64,000 bases of DNA from Oopsacas minuta. Taxonomy: Eukaryota > Animalia > Porifera. Location: assembly GCA_024704765.1 (NCBI GenBank), contig JAKMXF010000299.1, forward strand, positions 744,001-808,000, in the 5' to 3' direction. The position numbers and the translations under genes are program-made. Of this stretch, positions 1-12,685 are shown piece by piece (within the stretch, counting starts at the first letter, position 1; the number at the start of each line of letters is the position of its first letter). The notes beneath the pieces were generated by a model, which was not told where the DNA came from, did no database searches, and was given only the letters and a program-made list of their open reading frames with translations.

Positions 1-587
1 TAGTTTCTTTGTTGAATACAAACAAGTAGGTTGTTCATACTTTTTGTTATGAATTTATAGTATTCTGGAATCTGTATATTCTTATTTACGGTATGCTATC
101 TAATTATCACAATTATTTTTTCAACGAGTATCCCAGACGATATCCCAGAAGACACCAGAAAACTAATGTATTAGCAGACTAAATTTGTATTCACTAAATA
201 GTATAAATTTAATTATGTAACAAACTTATCATGTGATCTAAACATAAACATCTAAACAACTTTGGCACAACTGCACAATATTACATTCCTCCTACTAATG
301 TGACGAGAATAGCGGTACATCGATGTTTGAGCTTCTAAGAGAATTGAATAACTTAACATTTCAGATACGGTGTTCTTATCAGGGCTCTCAACAAAAAGAA
401 CTCTCAAAATCGTGAGAGGTGGTGGTGTGCAAGCGTGGTTCGTTACTCGTTTTTGAATCATGATTTGATATCAATCGAGGCATCTAGTGCCAAGATTAAT
501 ATTGCCATAGCCTACTATACATAAGGCTTCAGAATTATTTGTAATTTTTGGCAGTCCCCGATTCAACAATTCTATATGTAGAATCTA

Positions 588-888
588 CAGTAGAGTTCGT
601 CTATTAGTAATTGCCTTATTAGCAAGATTCGCTTATTAGCAAGTTTTTTCAGTGTACGGTGCAAAGGATAGGGATTTATGTATAAAAAAGTTCGCTTATT
701 AGCAAGTGTTTTTAGGGTTACAATGGGCCAAGTTGCATTAATTATATTCCCTTATTAGCAAGTTCGCCTATTAGCAATTTTTCTCATAAAAATACGACTT
801 GCTAATGACTTAATAAGGGAACCTTAGTTCCCTTATTAGCAAGTTTTTCTCGTGCAAAACCCGACTTGCTAATAAGCGAACTCCAGTG
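588..888. mobile_element. Tigger/pogo-type MITE with internal CTTATTAGCAAG repeats
   Basis: TA-flanked imperfect TIRs (cagtagagttcgtctattag vs reverse complement cactggagttcgcttattag); cttattagcaag motif repeated several times; related copy at 22151-22327. Confidence 0.65.
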
Positions 889-1179
889 TATAGTGAAGAA
901 ACGGTGTACTTTTCCCGAATAAATTTATTATTTTTCTGACAAGAAATTATCAACCATTGTATGCTTAAAATTCGGGAATATGTCAAAATATGTGTTTACT
1001 AAGCATTTATTTATTAAAATATGCATAGCCATAGGAACACTTTGCTTATTGGGTGGACCAAAAAAGCATCAATTATATCACTCTAGATTCCCGAATATAA
1101 ATATAAAATTATATAATGAATGTTTTAAAATTTTCACAAGTAATATTACTAAATAGTATAGTACGACATAAAATGATAA

Positions 1180-3807
1180 CACTACGTAACAAATTTTTAT
1201 GAAATCTTTGTTTGGCTTGATATTTTGATTGTTTATGGATAATTTTGAGGCGCTGATTCCGAAAATACAATTAGTTTTTTTCTATCATCGATCGTTAGCT
1301 TTCAGGAAGCCTATTTATATGAGCAGGTTACACGCTTAGCCAACCCAGCAAAAACGTACGTCACAATCAAAATCTTTTGTGCTATAACAATAAAGATAAC
1401 AAACATTTTGCACTCCCTTCACTGTCTCTTGTCTTTTTAAGCTCTGGGAGACACTTAAAGTGTCTGCGAATGCACAGCTTAAACAGCATCAGAATTCCAG
1501 GCTGGGGTAGGATTGCAAAACTTAGAAATTTCGTTCTTGCGTATAGTTTATTTGCTATCCAGTACCTTCACTTGGAAAGTATTTACTTATATTAATACTA
1601 TAAGCTACCAGCAGCTAGTATAAGCATAAGTATAACTGCCTTTAGCAGAGAGGCAGAAATAACTTGCTGGTTGTTCTTACGTTAAGTTAGTGTTTTTCAA
1701 ATTTAGAAATTGCAATGGCTAGTAGACAATGCAAGAATTCACCTGACTCATTTTGCTATGTTTGTGGATATTATGTTGGTGACAAACATGTTTCAAATAA
1801 AATATCAAAAGAAGCTAAGTATTGGGAAGCGTATAGACTGTATTTTGGGATGTCCATTGGGGATCAGGAAAAGGCCTGGGCCCCACATGTGATTTGTGGC
1901 AGCTGTCGATCTAATCTTGAAGCTTGGTTGAGGGGTTCCGCTAGAGTTATGCCATTTGCTATTCCAAGAGTTTGGAGAGAGCCACAAAACCATCATGATG
2001 ATTGTTACTTTTGTATGGTAAATATTGCTAAGTACCGCAAGGTTAAGGGAAGAAGAGCACTGACTTATCCAAGTATACCATCATCCATTGCACCTGTTCC
2101 TCATAGTGAAACTTTACCAGTTCCAAAACCACCAGCAAATGTAAGTAGTTTTATGTTTTATAATATAAGGCTACGCTAGCTTATATGCTGTAAGGGTGAC
2201 CCACAATCTGCATCTTGTGTTTTATTCTTGTCATTTTAGTTGGAGTTTAATACTGAATGTGAAGACTCGATATCAAGTGAAACTTCGGATGCTGAGGAAG
2301 AGTATCTCCAATCAACAAGTGCAGATCGTCATTATCCTTCTAAGAGAGAATTAGATGACTTAATACGAGATCTGCAACTAACAAAATCTGCAGCAGAGCT
2401 ATTGACGTCAAGATTAAGCGAGTGGAATTTGCTGCGTGATGATTGCAAAATAACTGCTTACAGGAAGAGGCACTTGGACTATTCTGTTTACTTTGATGTA
2501 ATACAGGATCTGTGCTATTGCAAAGATGTGAATGGTTTGTTTGATGCTGTTGGAATTGAACATGACCCTTCTCAGTGGCGACTTTTTATTGACAGTTCCA
2601 CCAAAAGTCTTAAAGGAGTTTTACTTCATAATGGGAACAAATATCCGTCAATTCTACTTGCTTATTCAATACAAATGAAAGAAGACTATGAAAATGTCAA
2701 GCAACTACTGCTTAAAATAAACTATGCTGAATTTAACTGGCAGCTCTGTGGTGATTTTAAGATGTTGGGGTTTTTGTTGGGACTGCAGGGTGGTTACACC
2801 AAATACTCATGTTTTCTTTGTTTGTGGAACAGCAGAGCTGATGGAGAGCACTACTCGAAGATTCAATGGCCGCCAAGAAAAGAATTAATGCCAGGAAAGT
2901 AGAATGTCATCAAAGAGCCACTTGTATGCCGGGAAAAAGTTTTACTACCACCTCTTCATATAAAACTAGGTTTAGTAAAGCAATTTGTTAAAGCTTTGGA
3001 TTTTGAAGGAGAAGCTTTTCAAGAAATCCGTGCAATGTTTCCAAAATTATCAGATGCTAAACTAAAGGGAGGAATATTTGTTGGCCCCCAAATAACCACC
3101 ATGTTAAAGTCAAGAACCCTGGAGGGTAAAATGACCGAAACAGAAAGAAAAGCATGGCAGGCATTTCGTGATGTAGTTAATGGCTTTTTAGGAAATAACA
3201 AAGATCCTAATTATGAAGAGATAGTGAATACTCTGATCACAAGCTACCAAAAGATGGGATGTCGCATGTCGTTGAAACTTCATTTTCTATGCTCTCATCT
3301 TGACTTCTTTCAAGAAAATTTGGGGGATTTCAGCGAGGAACATGGCGAGAGATTTCACCAAGATATTCAGCTAATGGAAAGACGGTATCAGGGCCGCTGG
3401 GACAGTGCAATGATGGGCGATTACATGTGGTTTTTGATAAGGGAAGACATTTCTGGTCACAAAAGAAAAGCTCGTTCAACAGTTCATTTTTGAAGTATTT
3501 TAACTCTCTAACATGAGTGCGTTTTGTTTTCTTTAGGACTTGTAATCAGCAATGTACTGTTTGGTAATGATTTTCATGTTCAAATTAACTTATCAACACA
3601 TCACTACGTGTTTAAATCTATTACAAGAGCTGTAGGTAAATTTGCATATAATGAACAACACAACTTGTTCGGAAAAAGCAAAAAGTGTAAATACGTCAAA
3701 AAGCATTGATGATATGGAAAAACTAACACGATTTTTGAATTCAGCGACGCAAAAAACATAAGGGAACATCAAAAATTGAAGCCAAACAAAAATTGTGTTA
3801 CGTAGTG
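1180..3807 (+). mobile_element. Chapaev3-like (CMC superfamily) DNA transposon, copy 1
   Basis: TIRs cactacgtaac(a)aattt at both ends; 3-bp TSD TAA at 1177-1179 and 3808-3810. CAC termini plus TWA TSD plus the transposase type match Chapaev3 as I recall it. Confidence 0.85.
1715..3493 (+). pseudogene. Chapaev3-like transposase, join(1715..2140,2240..3493), one in-frame TAG at 2900-2902
   Basis: N-terminal Cys-rich zinc finger (CKNSPDSFCYVCG...PHVICGSC...DCYFC); GT..AG intron 2141-2239 keeps frame; LFIDSS, CGDFKM, CFLC, PPLHIKLG and SEEHGERFHQD motifs; ORFs 2240 and 2996 are in one frame separated by a single stop. Confidence 0.85.
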
Positions 3808-4937
3808 TAATTTTAGCTCATTGATTACACTCAAGAGAGTTGAAGTATGAAAAAACATTTGTTCTAAGGTTTCACCGTCCTAAACAATGGTCAATCATGT
3901 TAAAGCGACAATTATATCACACTAGTTGAAAATACACACTTTCATCTATAAGTATAAGAAATCTTAAATTATCATATAATGCATGTAAACTAATCAGGTC
4001 CTGCTCTTTCAATGTCCCCATTCCTACGCTTATGAAAATATGCCATTCGTTGAGTCATTGTAGAAAGTAAAATATTGCAGTTTTCTTTTCAAAGTGAATA
4101 TATGAAATGATCTATAAATCCCTTTATACAAAATATCAGAAATTTGTATACAAAAGTTCTCTCATTCTCGAGTTACTGCAGATATCAAGGATGGCACTAT
4201 TTTATGAATATCCAATTACAATTCGATAATCTTTAAAATTATCCCCAATCAGCATAGCCAATTTATAGTAAAACCCGAGTTCCCATACCCTAGTAATACA
4301 TTTTGATATTATAACTCTTACCAGTAATTGTGAATATGCCCATAAATGGTAATTTTAACGTTCCGCAATTAGTTTCAGAGATATCATATCAAAAATGTAT
4401 TATTACGGTATGTGAAGTCGAGTATACACTATACAAGGGTTGTTCAATAAGTAATGAGACTAATGTATCGAATTCATATTCTAGTTAATACAGCTCTAAG
4501 CCTAATATCAGATTACAAGCCTAACTTGATTGTCTAACTTCGATACAATATACTCTTTACTCTCCTAGCATATTCTTCAGTATAAAGTTTCATTTGTATA
4601 GGTTACTTTTTTCAACTAATGGACTTTAGCAAAGAAGGAAAACGACAAATAATTTGGTAGCTGTGGAAAAAGGGGAAGACTGGCTCATGCATTCTTCGTG
4701 AAATCCAGAAATTTTCGGTGATTAATGTCCTTCGAAAGCCACCATATATAGATGGATCGAACGTTTTGATAAATGGCGATGAGGAACTCCACGATGACCC
4801 TCGTTCAGGTCGTCCGACTTCCTCAAAAATCCGCAGTAATATCGAGAGGGTCCAAACAATTTTGGACGAGGACAGACGAATAACCTTGCGAGAGTTAGAA
4901 GAGAGGGTAGGTATATCAAAAGCCACACACTCGATTA

Positions 4938-7642
4938 CACTGCTCAACAATTTTTTTTCATTTTTTGTTGCATGAGATTTTTCAATTGATTCTATATAAT
5001 TTTGGGATGCTGATTTCAAATCTGCAATCAGTTTCTTTCTGCATGCTCTAGTTTTCATGCAATCGACAATTTAAATTTTTTCGTTTGTGGTACTTATTTA
5101 GTACATAAATCTGATCTCCACCAAATACTTTTTATCTATCAAGCCATTTTTCTTAGATTGTAGCTGTTACTATGATTTAGTATTGGCTTCAATCTATTGA
5201 AAACAAAAGCACCACTCTATTGTTCTCTGAAAACATGACACTATTAGCGAAGTGTCAAAATTTAAATAAATCAAAAATCATCATGTTGATTTTTTTGAAA
5301 TGATTTAATTCAAACAACCCTAAGTGATTGTAGTGAAGTATCGTGGATAGATGCAGTAGAATAGGCATTTAAGCTGTATTTTTCCGCTCGTCTGCTGGTA
5401 GCCTTAATTAGAACCAAGGTTTTGTTATTCAGTTTGTTTGTGTTAAGTTACATAGATATCAACAGACTTTCTTTCGATTCTTAACTCTTCAGATTTGATC
5501 ATGGCTTCTTCTAGTAGACATAAATGCAAAAATAACCCTGATTCATTTTGTTACATCTGTGGTGTGTATACGCTTTCGCGTCAAAGACGAAATATAACAT
5601 CGTTTGTGAAGCGTGCCTACATAGCATACTTTGGTATCCCTCTTGGTGATCAAGATAAGAAATGGTCTCCTCATATTGTGTGCCATAACTGCGAAGAAAT
5701 GCTCCGAGACTGGACAAAAGGAAAGCGGAAGGGTCTGCCTTTTGCCATTCCAATGGTGTGGCGTGAACCCCAAGACCACACGACTGACTGCTACTTTTGC
5801 ATGGTCAATACAAAAGGTGTTGGCAAGAAGAGCCGACAAACGCTTTCTTATCCTAGTATACCATCAGCTATGCGACCTGTCCCGCACTCTGATAGACTGC
5901 CTCCTCCGGTTTTTAGTGGTTTTGCTTTTCCTAATGATGAAGAAACTAAATTGGAAAGGGAAGAGATCGTAGAGATGGAATATCAAAAAACAGACACAGA
6001 ATCAGAATCTGAAGATTCTTCTTGTGAAACCAGAGTAACTGTCCAGCAGTTTAATCAATCAGAACTGAATGACTTAGTACGTGATTTAGATCTGCCCAAG
6101 CAAGCAGCTGAGCTCTTAGCCTCCAGGCTCAAAGAAAAACAGGTGCTGGATCAATCTGTAAAGGTTTCCTTTTTTCGAAAAAGAGAAGAACTCCTTCTGC
6201 CTTATTTTTCAGTAGAAAATAAGCTGGTATATTGCAACGATATTCCTGGTCTTCTCGGACAACTGGGTATCTCCTCATATGATCCAGGAGAATGGCGATT
6301 GTTTTTGGACAGTTCCAAGCGCAGCCTCAAGTGTGTTCTTTTACACAATGGAAATGTTTATGGAGCTGTTCCAGTTGGTCACTCCACTGTCTTGAAGGAA
6401 CAGCATGATGACATTAGAATTGTTATGGATTTACTCGGATATCATGATCACAACTGGATCATTTGTGTTGACCTCAAAATGGTTAGTTTTCTGCTAGGTC
6501 AGCAAAAAGGATACACCAAATTTCCATGTTATCTGTGCATGTGGGACAGCAGAGCACGTGAAAAACATTGGATACAGAAGGAGTGGCCCTTACGTGAAAC
6601 ATTTCAAGCTGGCATGCCTAACGTAACACACGACCCGATCGTAAGCAGAGACAAAATTGTTTTTCCACCCCTGCACATCAAGCTAGGTCTGATGAAACAG
6701 TTCGTTAAAGCCCTAAATCCTGACAATGAATCCTTTCATCATCTTGTGTATACTTTCCCTGCTTTGTCATATGATAAAATCAAAGCAGGAGTGTTTGATG
6801 GACCACAGATACGTACACTTATTCGCGACAAAAACTTCATTCAGAAAATGAATGTCAGGGAGAAAGCTGCATGGCTATCTTTTGTGGATGTTATACAGAA
6901 CTTTCTTGGTAACAGAAAAGCTCCAAACTATGAAATGCTTGTATCCAAGATGCTCTCAGGGTTTCGTGATTTGGGATGCAACATGAGCATAAAAGTACAT
7001 TTTCTGTACAGCCACCTGGACAAATTCCCTGAAAACCTTGGGGCTGTCAGTGACGAACAGGGAGAGCGTTTCCACCAGGATCTTATGACAGTGGAAGAAC
7101 GTTACCAAGGTCGATGGGATCGACATATGATGGCAGACTATTGTTGGGGCATTAAACGTGACTGTCCTCACAAAGCGTACAAACGCAGAAGTTATAAGAG
7201 GAAATTTTGTCCAGATTTGTAGAATATTTGAATCTTTTGCATCTTGTCATTGATCGCTTTAAGTTACTATTGTAGATTGCCATCGTTCTTTTCTACGTTA
7301 TTTTGCAAAAAGAAATCAATTTTTACATGCATATTACCAGCAAAACTGTTGTTTTTTACATTTTTTAAAACATTTGTTGCCCATCTGTCTACAAATACAA
7401 TTTCTATTGGCAACATAAAAGTTTTTTGGCACCTATTTTTGTTTTGAGGCTAGTTATTCAACTGTAAGCAGAACATCATTTGACAAATCATGTCACTTTT
7501 TCAAAAAATATGAATTTTGTGCAAAAAAATTAAAAATCTAGAGCTTGCGGAAAAAAACTAAGGTCGGATTCGGATTCAGCGCCCCAATATTAGGTAAAAA
7601 CAAGTGTTGGTAGAAATGCAACAAAATTTTTGTTGAGCAGTG
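4938..7642 (+). mobile_element. Chapaev3-like (CMC) DNA transposon, copy 2, apparently autonomous
   Basis: 13-bp perfect TIR cactgctcaacaa; 3-bp TSD TTA at 4935-4937 and 7643-7645; removing it rejoins the mariner transposase sequence. Confidence 0.9.
5501..7222 (+). CDS. Intact Chapaev3-like DDE transposase (573 aa from ATG 5501)
   Basis: Uninterrupted ORF: CKNNPDSFCYICG zinc finger, LFLDSS, CVDLKM, CYLC, PPLHIKLG, SDEQGERFHQD, YQGRW..MMADYCW; clearly homologous to 1715-3493. Confidence 0.9.
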   Translation: MASSSRHKCKNNPDSFCYICGVYTLSRQRRNITSFVKRAYIAYFGIPLGDQDKKWSPHIVCHNCEEMLRDWTKGKRKGLPFAIPMVWREPQDHTTDCYFCMVNTKGVGKKSRQTLSYPSIPSAMRPVPHSDRLPPPVFSGFAFPNDEETKLEREEIVEMEYQKTDTESESEDSSCETRVTVQQFNQSELNDLVRDLDLPKQAAELLASRLKEKQVLDQSVKVSFFRKREELLLPYFSVENKLVYCNDIPGLLGQLGISSYDPGEWRLFLDSSKRSLKCVLLHNGNVYGAVPVGHSTVLKEQHDDIRIVMDLLGYHDHNWIICVDLKMVSFLLGQQKGYTKFPCYLCMWDSRAREKHWIQKEWPLRETFQAGMPNVTHDPIVSRDKIVFPPLHIKLGLMKQFVKALNPDNESFHHLVYTFPALSYDKIKAGVFDGPQIRTLIRDKNFIQKMNVREKAAWLSFVDVIQNFLGNRKAPNYEMLVSKMLSGFRDLGCNMSIKVHFLYSHLDKFPENLGAVSDEQGERFHQDLMTVEERYQGRWDRHMMADYCWGIKRDCPHKAYKRRSYKRKFCPDL

Positions 7643-8499
7643 TTATCATTGAAGATCTGGAAATGTCGAAGGTAACTGCGCGTTGTGTCCCAAAAGTTCT
7701 TTCAAAAGAACAAAAACCCGAAAGGGTCAGAGTTAGCAAAGAATTACTTTCAAGATACTAGGCAGAAGAAGACTTTTTGGATCATATTGTAACGGGGGAT
7801 GAAACTTGGTTTCATTATTATGAACCAGAGAGCAAAACTCAATCGAAGCAGTGGAAGAGACGTGATGAACCTCTACCCATCAAGGCAAAGGCTACAAAAT
7901 CAGCAGGGAAGAGAATGGCAACAGTATTTTTGGATAGGGAAGGAATTATACACCTCGACTGGTTGCTTGAGAAGACAACCATAAACAGTGACTATTACGT
8001 TGACGAATTGAAAGAATTGCGTCAAGCGATTAAACGTGAGAGGCGAGGCAAGTAGACACGTGGCGTATTGCTGCAACATGACAACGCAAGGCCCCATGTA
8101 AGCTCCAAGACAAGGCTGCAATTGACGACTTAGGATTCAAATACCTCCCTCATCCTCCGTATAGTCCAGACCTGGATCCCAGCGACTAGTGGCTGTTTGG
8201 AGAGATGAAGAGATTTGAGGATTCAAACGGCTGGAGTATGAAATAAAACAGTGAGAAAAGGGACCCCTAAAGAATTCTATACTACTGGGCTGGAAAAGTT
8301 ACCAGAACGATGGAAACGATGTATAATTTTAAAGGGGGAATTTATCGAAACATTTGATGATCAATTATGATAAGTATAGGTTTACTATCTGAATTATGAA
8401 GAAAAGTCTCATTATTCATTGAACAACCCTGTATATTGACTATACTGATTTAACAATAATTTCTACGATTATCGAGTTATACTTGGATATTCTCATAAA

Positions 8500-8833
8500 G
8501 GCGCGCATGCATTAGGCCAAATTCGTCTGTATAAATTAGTCCATATTTCATATGTTTGCGTTAGTCCAAATATCAAAACCGGTAATAGTCCAAATTCGTG
8601 GTGATCGAATGCATGTATTCACGAGGAAACTTCGTCGCGAGGAAATATAGTCATTTACTTTTGTTGTTTTGAATATTCCAAATACACTCAGCAACTCACA
8701 ACCTGCTCCAGATCCAACTCCCGCAAACATCACCAAAAATTTGGGCTAATGCCGATTTTGATATTTGGACTATCGCAAACATATGAAATTTGGACTAATG
8801 CATACATACGAATTTGGACTAATGACGCGTCCC
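8500..8833. mobile_element. MITE with ~80-bp TIRs built from TTAGTCCAAA subrepeats (MULE-like)
   Basis: Left cattaggccaaattcgtctgtata...gttagtccaaatatcaaaacc mirrors the right end; G-rich termini; possible imperfect TSD ctcataaa/ctgataaa. Confidence 0.6.
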
Positions 8834-8904
8834 CTGATAAATGTGTCATCCCTGGTCTCTCCTGTAACTTAAGAATGAGTGAACTTTCTACTATGCCGAC
8901 TATA

Positions 8905-9080
8905 TTGAACTACTTAACTTATGCTCAACTTTGATTTGCATTGAGAGCAAATGTAATCTCTAGGGGAGTTGTTGTAATGTATATTTGAGGGGTTCTCGAT
9001 CCCCTCAAATTAGCCTTATTTATTCTGCGATCATCACAATTCAAGACCGCTCCTCCTCTCTCAAGCTTCCGCCGGGCCTG
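8905..9080. repeat. Dispersed ~175-bp repeat ending in a hAT-like terminus (cgggcctg); second copy at 26821-26998
   Basis: tgctcaactttgatttgcattgag...gaggggttctcgatcccctcaaatt...cgggcctg present at both loci with scattered mismatches. Confidence 0.75.
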
Positions 9081-9317
9081 TCACCTGTATAGTTTTATCA
9101 TCAATTCTTCTTCTTTTGAGTCAAAGATAAGTGGGTGCGCTTGCTTGTTGTTGTTGTTGTTGAATAATAGGATGAGCATCCAAGATTTCCTCTTGGTAAT
9201 ACCCAATCATGAAATTTCTCTTTGAATCGTAAAAATATGTACAGTCATAAATAAGGTAGTATTTAATACAGATAACCTCGCTAACCGAGAACAGGGGAAT
9301 ATTTCCTTGATTGTACC

Positions 9318-10214
9318 GGGGGCGCAGAATTTGTTAGAATTTTGAAGTAGTCATTTGTTAGAATTTCTACAGTTTGCACTTGTTAGAATGGTTTTTTCAT
9401 ATGTTTTCACTTGTTAGAATTTTTCTTTTTCATCTGTTTGCACTTGTTAGAGTGAGTTTTTTATGTTTGCATTTGTTAGAATGGTTCATTCTTGATGTAG
9501 TGTTGAATGCACAACTCCAACGCTGTGAGTTGATGAGAGTATTTAGAAGTGACGTGAGCGTGTGCTAGAATTGGCACTTTCATGGATTATCTAGCTAGCT
9601 TGGCTTGAGCTGAGAAGATGAGCATTTGACTACACTCGTTCGGATAACTGGTGTGGTATTTGATTGGACTATTGTATCCCTGCAGATGAGGAAGCGCTTG
9701 AAAATTGCGACAAATGAAGACAGATTATAATGATTCTAACAAGTGAAGCTTTGCATGATTCTAACGAATGACAACTTCTAAATTCTAACAAATGCATGCG
9801 CCCCATATTAAACTCATTCATATTCATTTAGTAAGGAGCCCCATTCTAACAAGTGCAAATATATGAAAAACTCATTCTAACAAGTGAAGCTTTGCATGAT
9901 TCTAACGAATGACAACTTCTAAATTCTAACAAATGCATGCGCCCCATATTAAACTCATTCATATTCATTTAGTAAGGAGCCCCATTCTAACAAGGAGCCC
10001 CATTCTAACAAGTGAAGCTTTGCATGATTCTAACGAATGACAACTTCTAAATTCTAACAAATGCATGCGCCCCATATTAAACTCATTCATATTCATTTAG
10101 TAAGGAGCCCCATTCTAACAAGTGCAAATATATGAAAAACTCATTCTAACAAGTTCAAACTGTAGAAATTCGAATAAATGACTACTTCTAATTTCTAACA
10201 AATTCATGCATCCC
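9318..10214. mobile_element. MULE/foldback-type MITE with ~100-bp TIRs, 9-bp TSD and internal tandem triplication
   Basis: TIRs made of TTGTTAGAAT subrepeats; TSD gattgtacc (9309-9317) / gattgcacc (10215-10223); a ~110-bp unit repeated three times from ~9733. Confidence 0.8.
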
Positions 10215-12685
10215 GATTGCACCAAATTGCATACAAATGAACCTTGCTAACCGAGGTTTATTTGTATGCAATGAGAACATTATAGGAGCGGGACCTGGAG
10301 CTCGCTCCATTAATGAATCTGGAGCGGGAACATCGGACCTCACGTTCCAATTTCATTGCCAAAATTACAAGTAAAATCAACGAAATGTCGTATTCTATTA
10401 TAGCTTATTAGAAATCCAGTAGATCCCAATTTATTAGTCAACCTGGGTTATCTGATCGCATCTTCAGAAACAGAACCATACAAGTAGTGTTATCTGATAG
10501 CGCTTAATCGGATCAAAACGGTCTGGTCAGTTATAATACTTTTAAACGGAGTCAATTATGTGCATCATGTGTCTAGATATTACAAATTTACATTCCTAAA
10601 TAAAGTTCATAATAATAAATGACAACTTTCTACAAAAATAGTTCTTTAAATTAATTACAAGTTTCTGCAGATTGTAATAGTGCCGAACATTCAGCTGCCA
10701 TTTTAGGTTTAACAACTCTTCTTATTTTTCTCGATTGCCAAGCAATTGGAGCTGACTTTCCAAGGTCATTATATCAAAATATGATATAACTTCCTTTTGA
10801 GCTTTGTCCAGGTAGATTACAAATGATGCATCACTGAAGCACATTTTCGTATTTCTCAAGGAAGTAAATAAGACTTTCATTTCATTGTCACAGATCAGAA
10901 AATTCCATAAAAAAATTTTCTGGCTTTGAAATTCTAATTATTTATTCACGTAACAATATCTCGTATTGTAGCTCCATTACTGAGACGCTAGCCCGACAGG
11001 TATCGAAAATAATATCAGGTCGTGTTTCTGTAGTCACCTAATTTAATTGTCCAATTGCAGTCCGCAGTTGTTGTTTTTCTTTGTTATTTACTGCTTAATC
11101 TTTGTTGGTTTCCTCTCTCCAAAGTCCAAACTCTAATAAACACAATCTCCTTGATATTTTGAATATAAGCGTTATGATCAATTGTTATGATCTTAGCGAA
11201 ATGATCAACTTGCAATCCTAGATAATTATATGGAATTCTAACACGTATTCATCGCTATGATGAATAATAATCGTTGGGATTCTCAGAAGAATAATTACAT
11301 TTTTTCATCATCAACCAACAACCATTGTAGATAATATGATAATTAAATATCATCCAAAAAACATTCGTTGGAGGAAATGGCTATACATAATGGGGAATGG
11401 GTGTTATCAGGAGATTCGCCGTCTCGACCTCCTTCACTTATAGAGTTTCTACTGTATCTTGCTAAAAATTCATAAACAGCTCAAGTTAGACAAAGAGATA
11501 TGTACTACGATTGAAGGCGAAGTTGTGCAAGTGGAGTCAATGACCCACTTGGCCTATCCATAGCATTCCATATACTAATGCAATGAGTTCATTGAATTTC
11601 TGGACCAGGGACAGCAATATATTAAAATATATTGATATAGGGAATCCTAATATTCTTATAGTATCAAAATGGTACGTTTTGGCCGACTAAATGTATTAGT
11701 GGTATTAAACTATACACACAATCCACATAAAAAATATTCAGGAAGAAATGATGTTACCAGATTGCTTACTAGACAATTTTATTACCCAAAATGCCCCATT
11801 TGGAAGCTTTGTAAAGAGCCAATTTTTGCGTATACAATTGCAACATTTTGACAGTGAGATCTCAGGATGTTTTCTTCCATAATCTCAAAATTCTGTCATG
11901 ATAATAAAGGTAGCACTTTCCAGAGTTATAGTAGTGACCATGGATGACACTATTTGCCAATATTAATCAATAACTTGACAACCATCAACATTATGATCAA
12001 ATCATCCTGCAAACTTATAGTTTACACCTGACTTCTCATACCCTGATAATACCTTTTGAGATGATATCTCTGAAGATTATGACGCAATTTTGAAAATAAC
12101 TATATATGGCATTATTGATGACTATGCAATTTTCTTTGTAGATAGCATTTTAAAATATATTTCAGGATATGGGAAGTCAGGTATACTATATGTTATTAAT
12201 TGTTATCAAGTTATTAGTGAATATTGGCCAAAATATGCCAGCTGTTTACGAATATTAGCAATATACCATATATATACATATAATAAGGTGTGATAACCGC
12301 AAAAACTCAAATTAAGGAATTTTTGAATTATGCCACTATATGTAATACACTCCTAAGAGAGAGAGAGATATATACTTTAATTGATATACTTTGACTATGC
12401 AAATTCTGATTCAACGTACTTGATTACATGTCTATTATAATATGCTGAAACCCAATCTCTAGCATTCTTTGGTGATTAATCATAATTCCAAAAACTTGTA
12501 TTTTACATAGAATTTTTGGGAATACGATTAATCACAAAATACGTGTGAAATTATACACATCAGCAGATTTCAAATACCATTTCTCTACTACTATACATGC
12601 CAAATTTCTGCTATTCAGCGGTAATCAAGTATGTAGATTTCAAATTTCATACTTTCAAATCTATATCTAAATGATTTATCTTATG

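Larger units (their letters stand above)
4434..8431 (+). mobile_element. Degenerate mariner element, split by a Chapaev3-like insertion
   Basis: TA-flanked ~28-bp TIRs (caagggttgttcaataagtaatgagact vs cagggttgttcaatgaataatgagact); transposase remnants from ATG 4619 (DDPRSGRP helix-turn-helix region) continuing after 7645 (ARCVPKVL, IVTGDETW, QHDNARPH, HPPYSPDL) with stops and frameshifts. Confidence 0.9.

Noticed and set aside
1710-7171. Short overlapping or antisense ORFs around the Chapaev and mariner genes (e.g. 4612-5058, 5543-5839, 5631-5972)
   Set aside because: Shadow frames with no motifs; 4612-5058 spans an insertion junction.
9733-10145. Regular repeats resembling a CRISPR array
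   Set aside because: Units are identical tandem duplications without unique spacers, lie inside MITE TIRs, and the context is eukaryotic with no cas genes.
10620-10900. Minus-strand coiled-coil-like reading frame (LDKAQKEVISYFDIM...)
   Set aside because: Contains a stop, and the resemblance to the QGVHQFD module is too weak to support a call.
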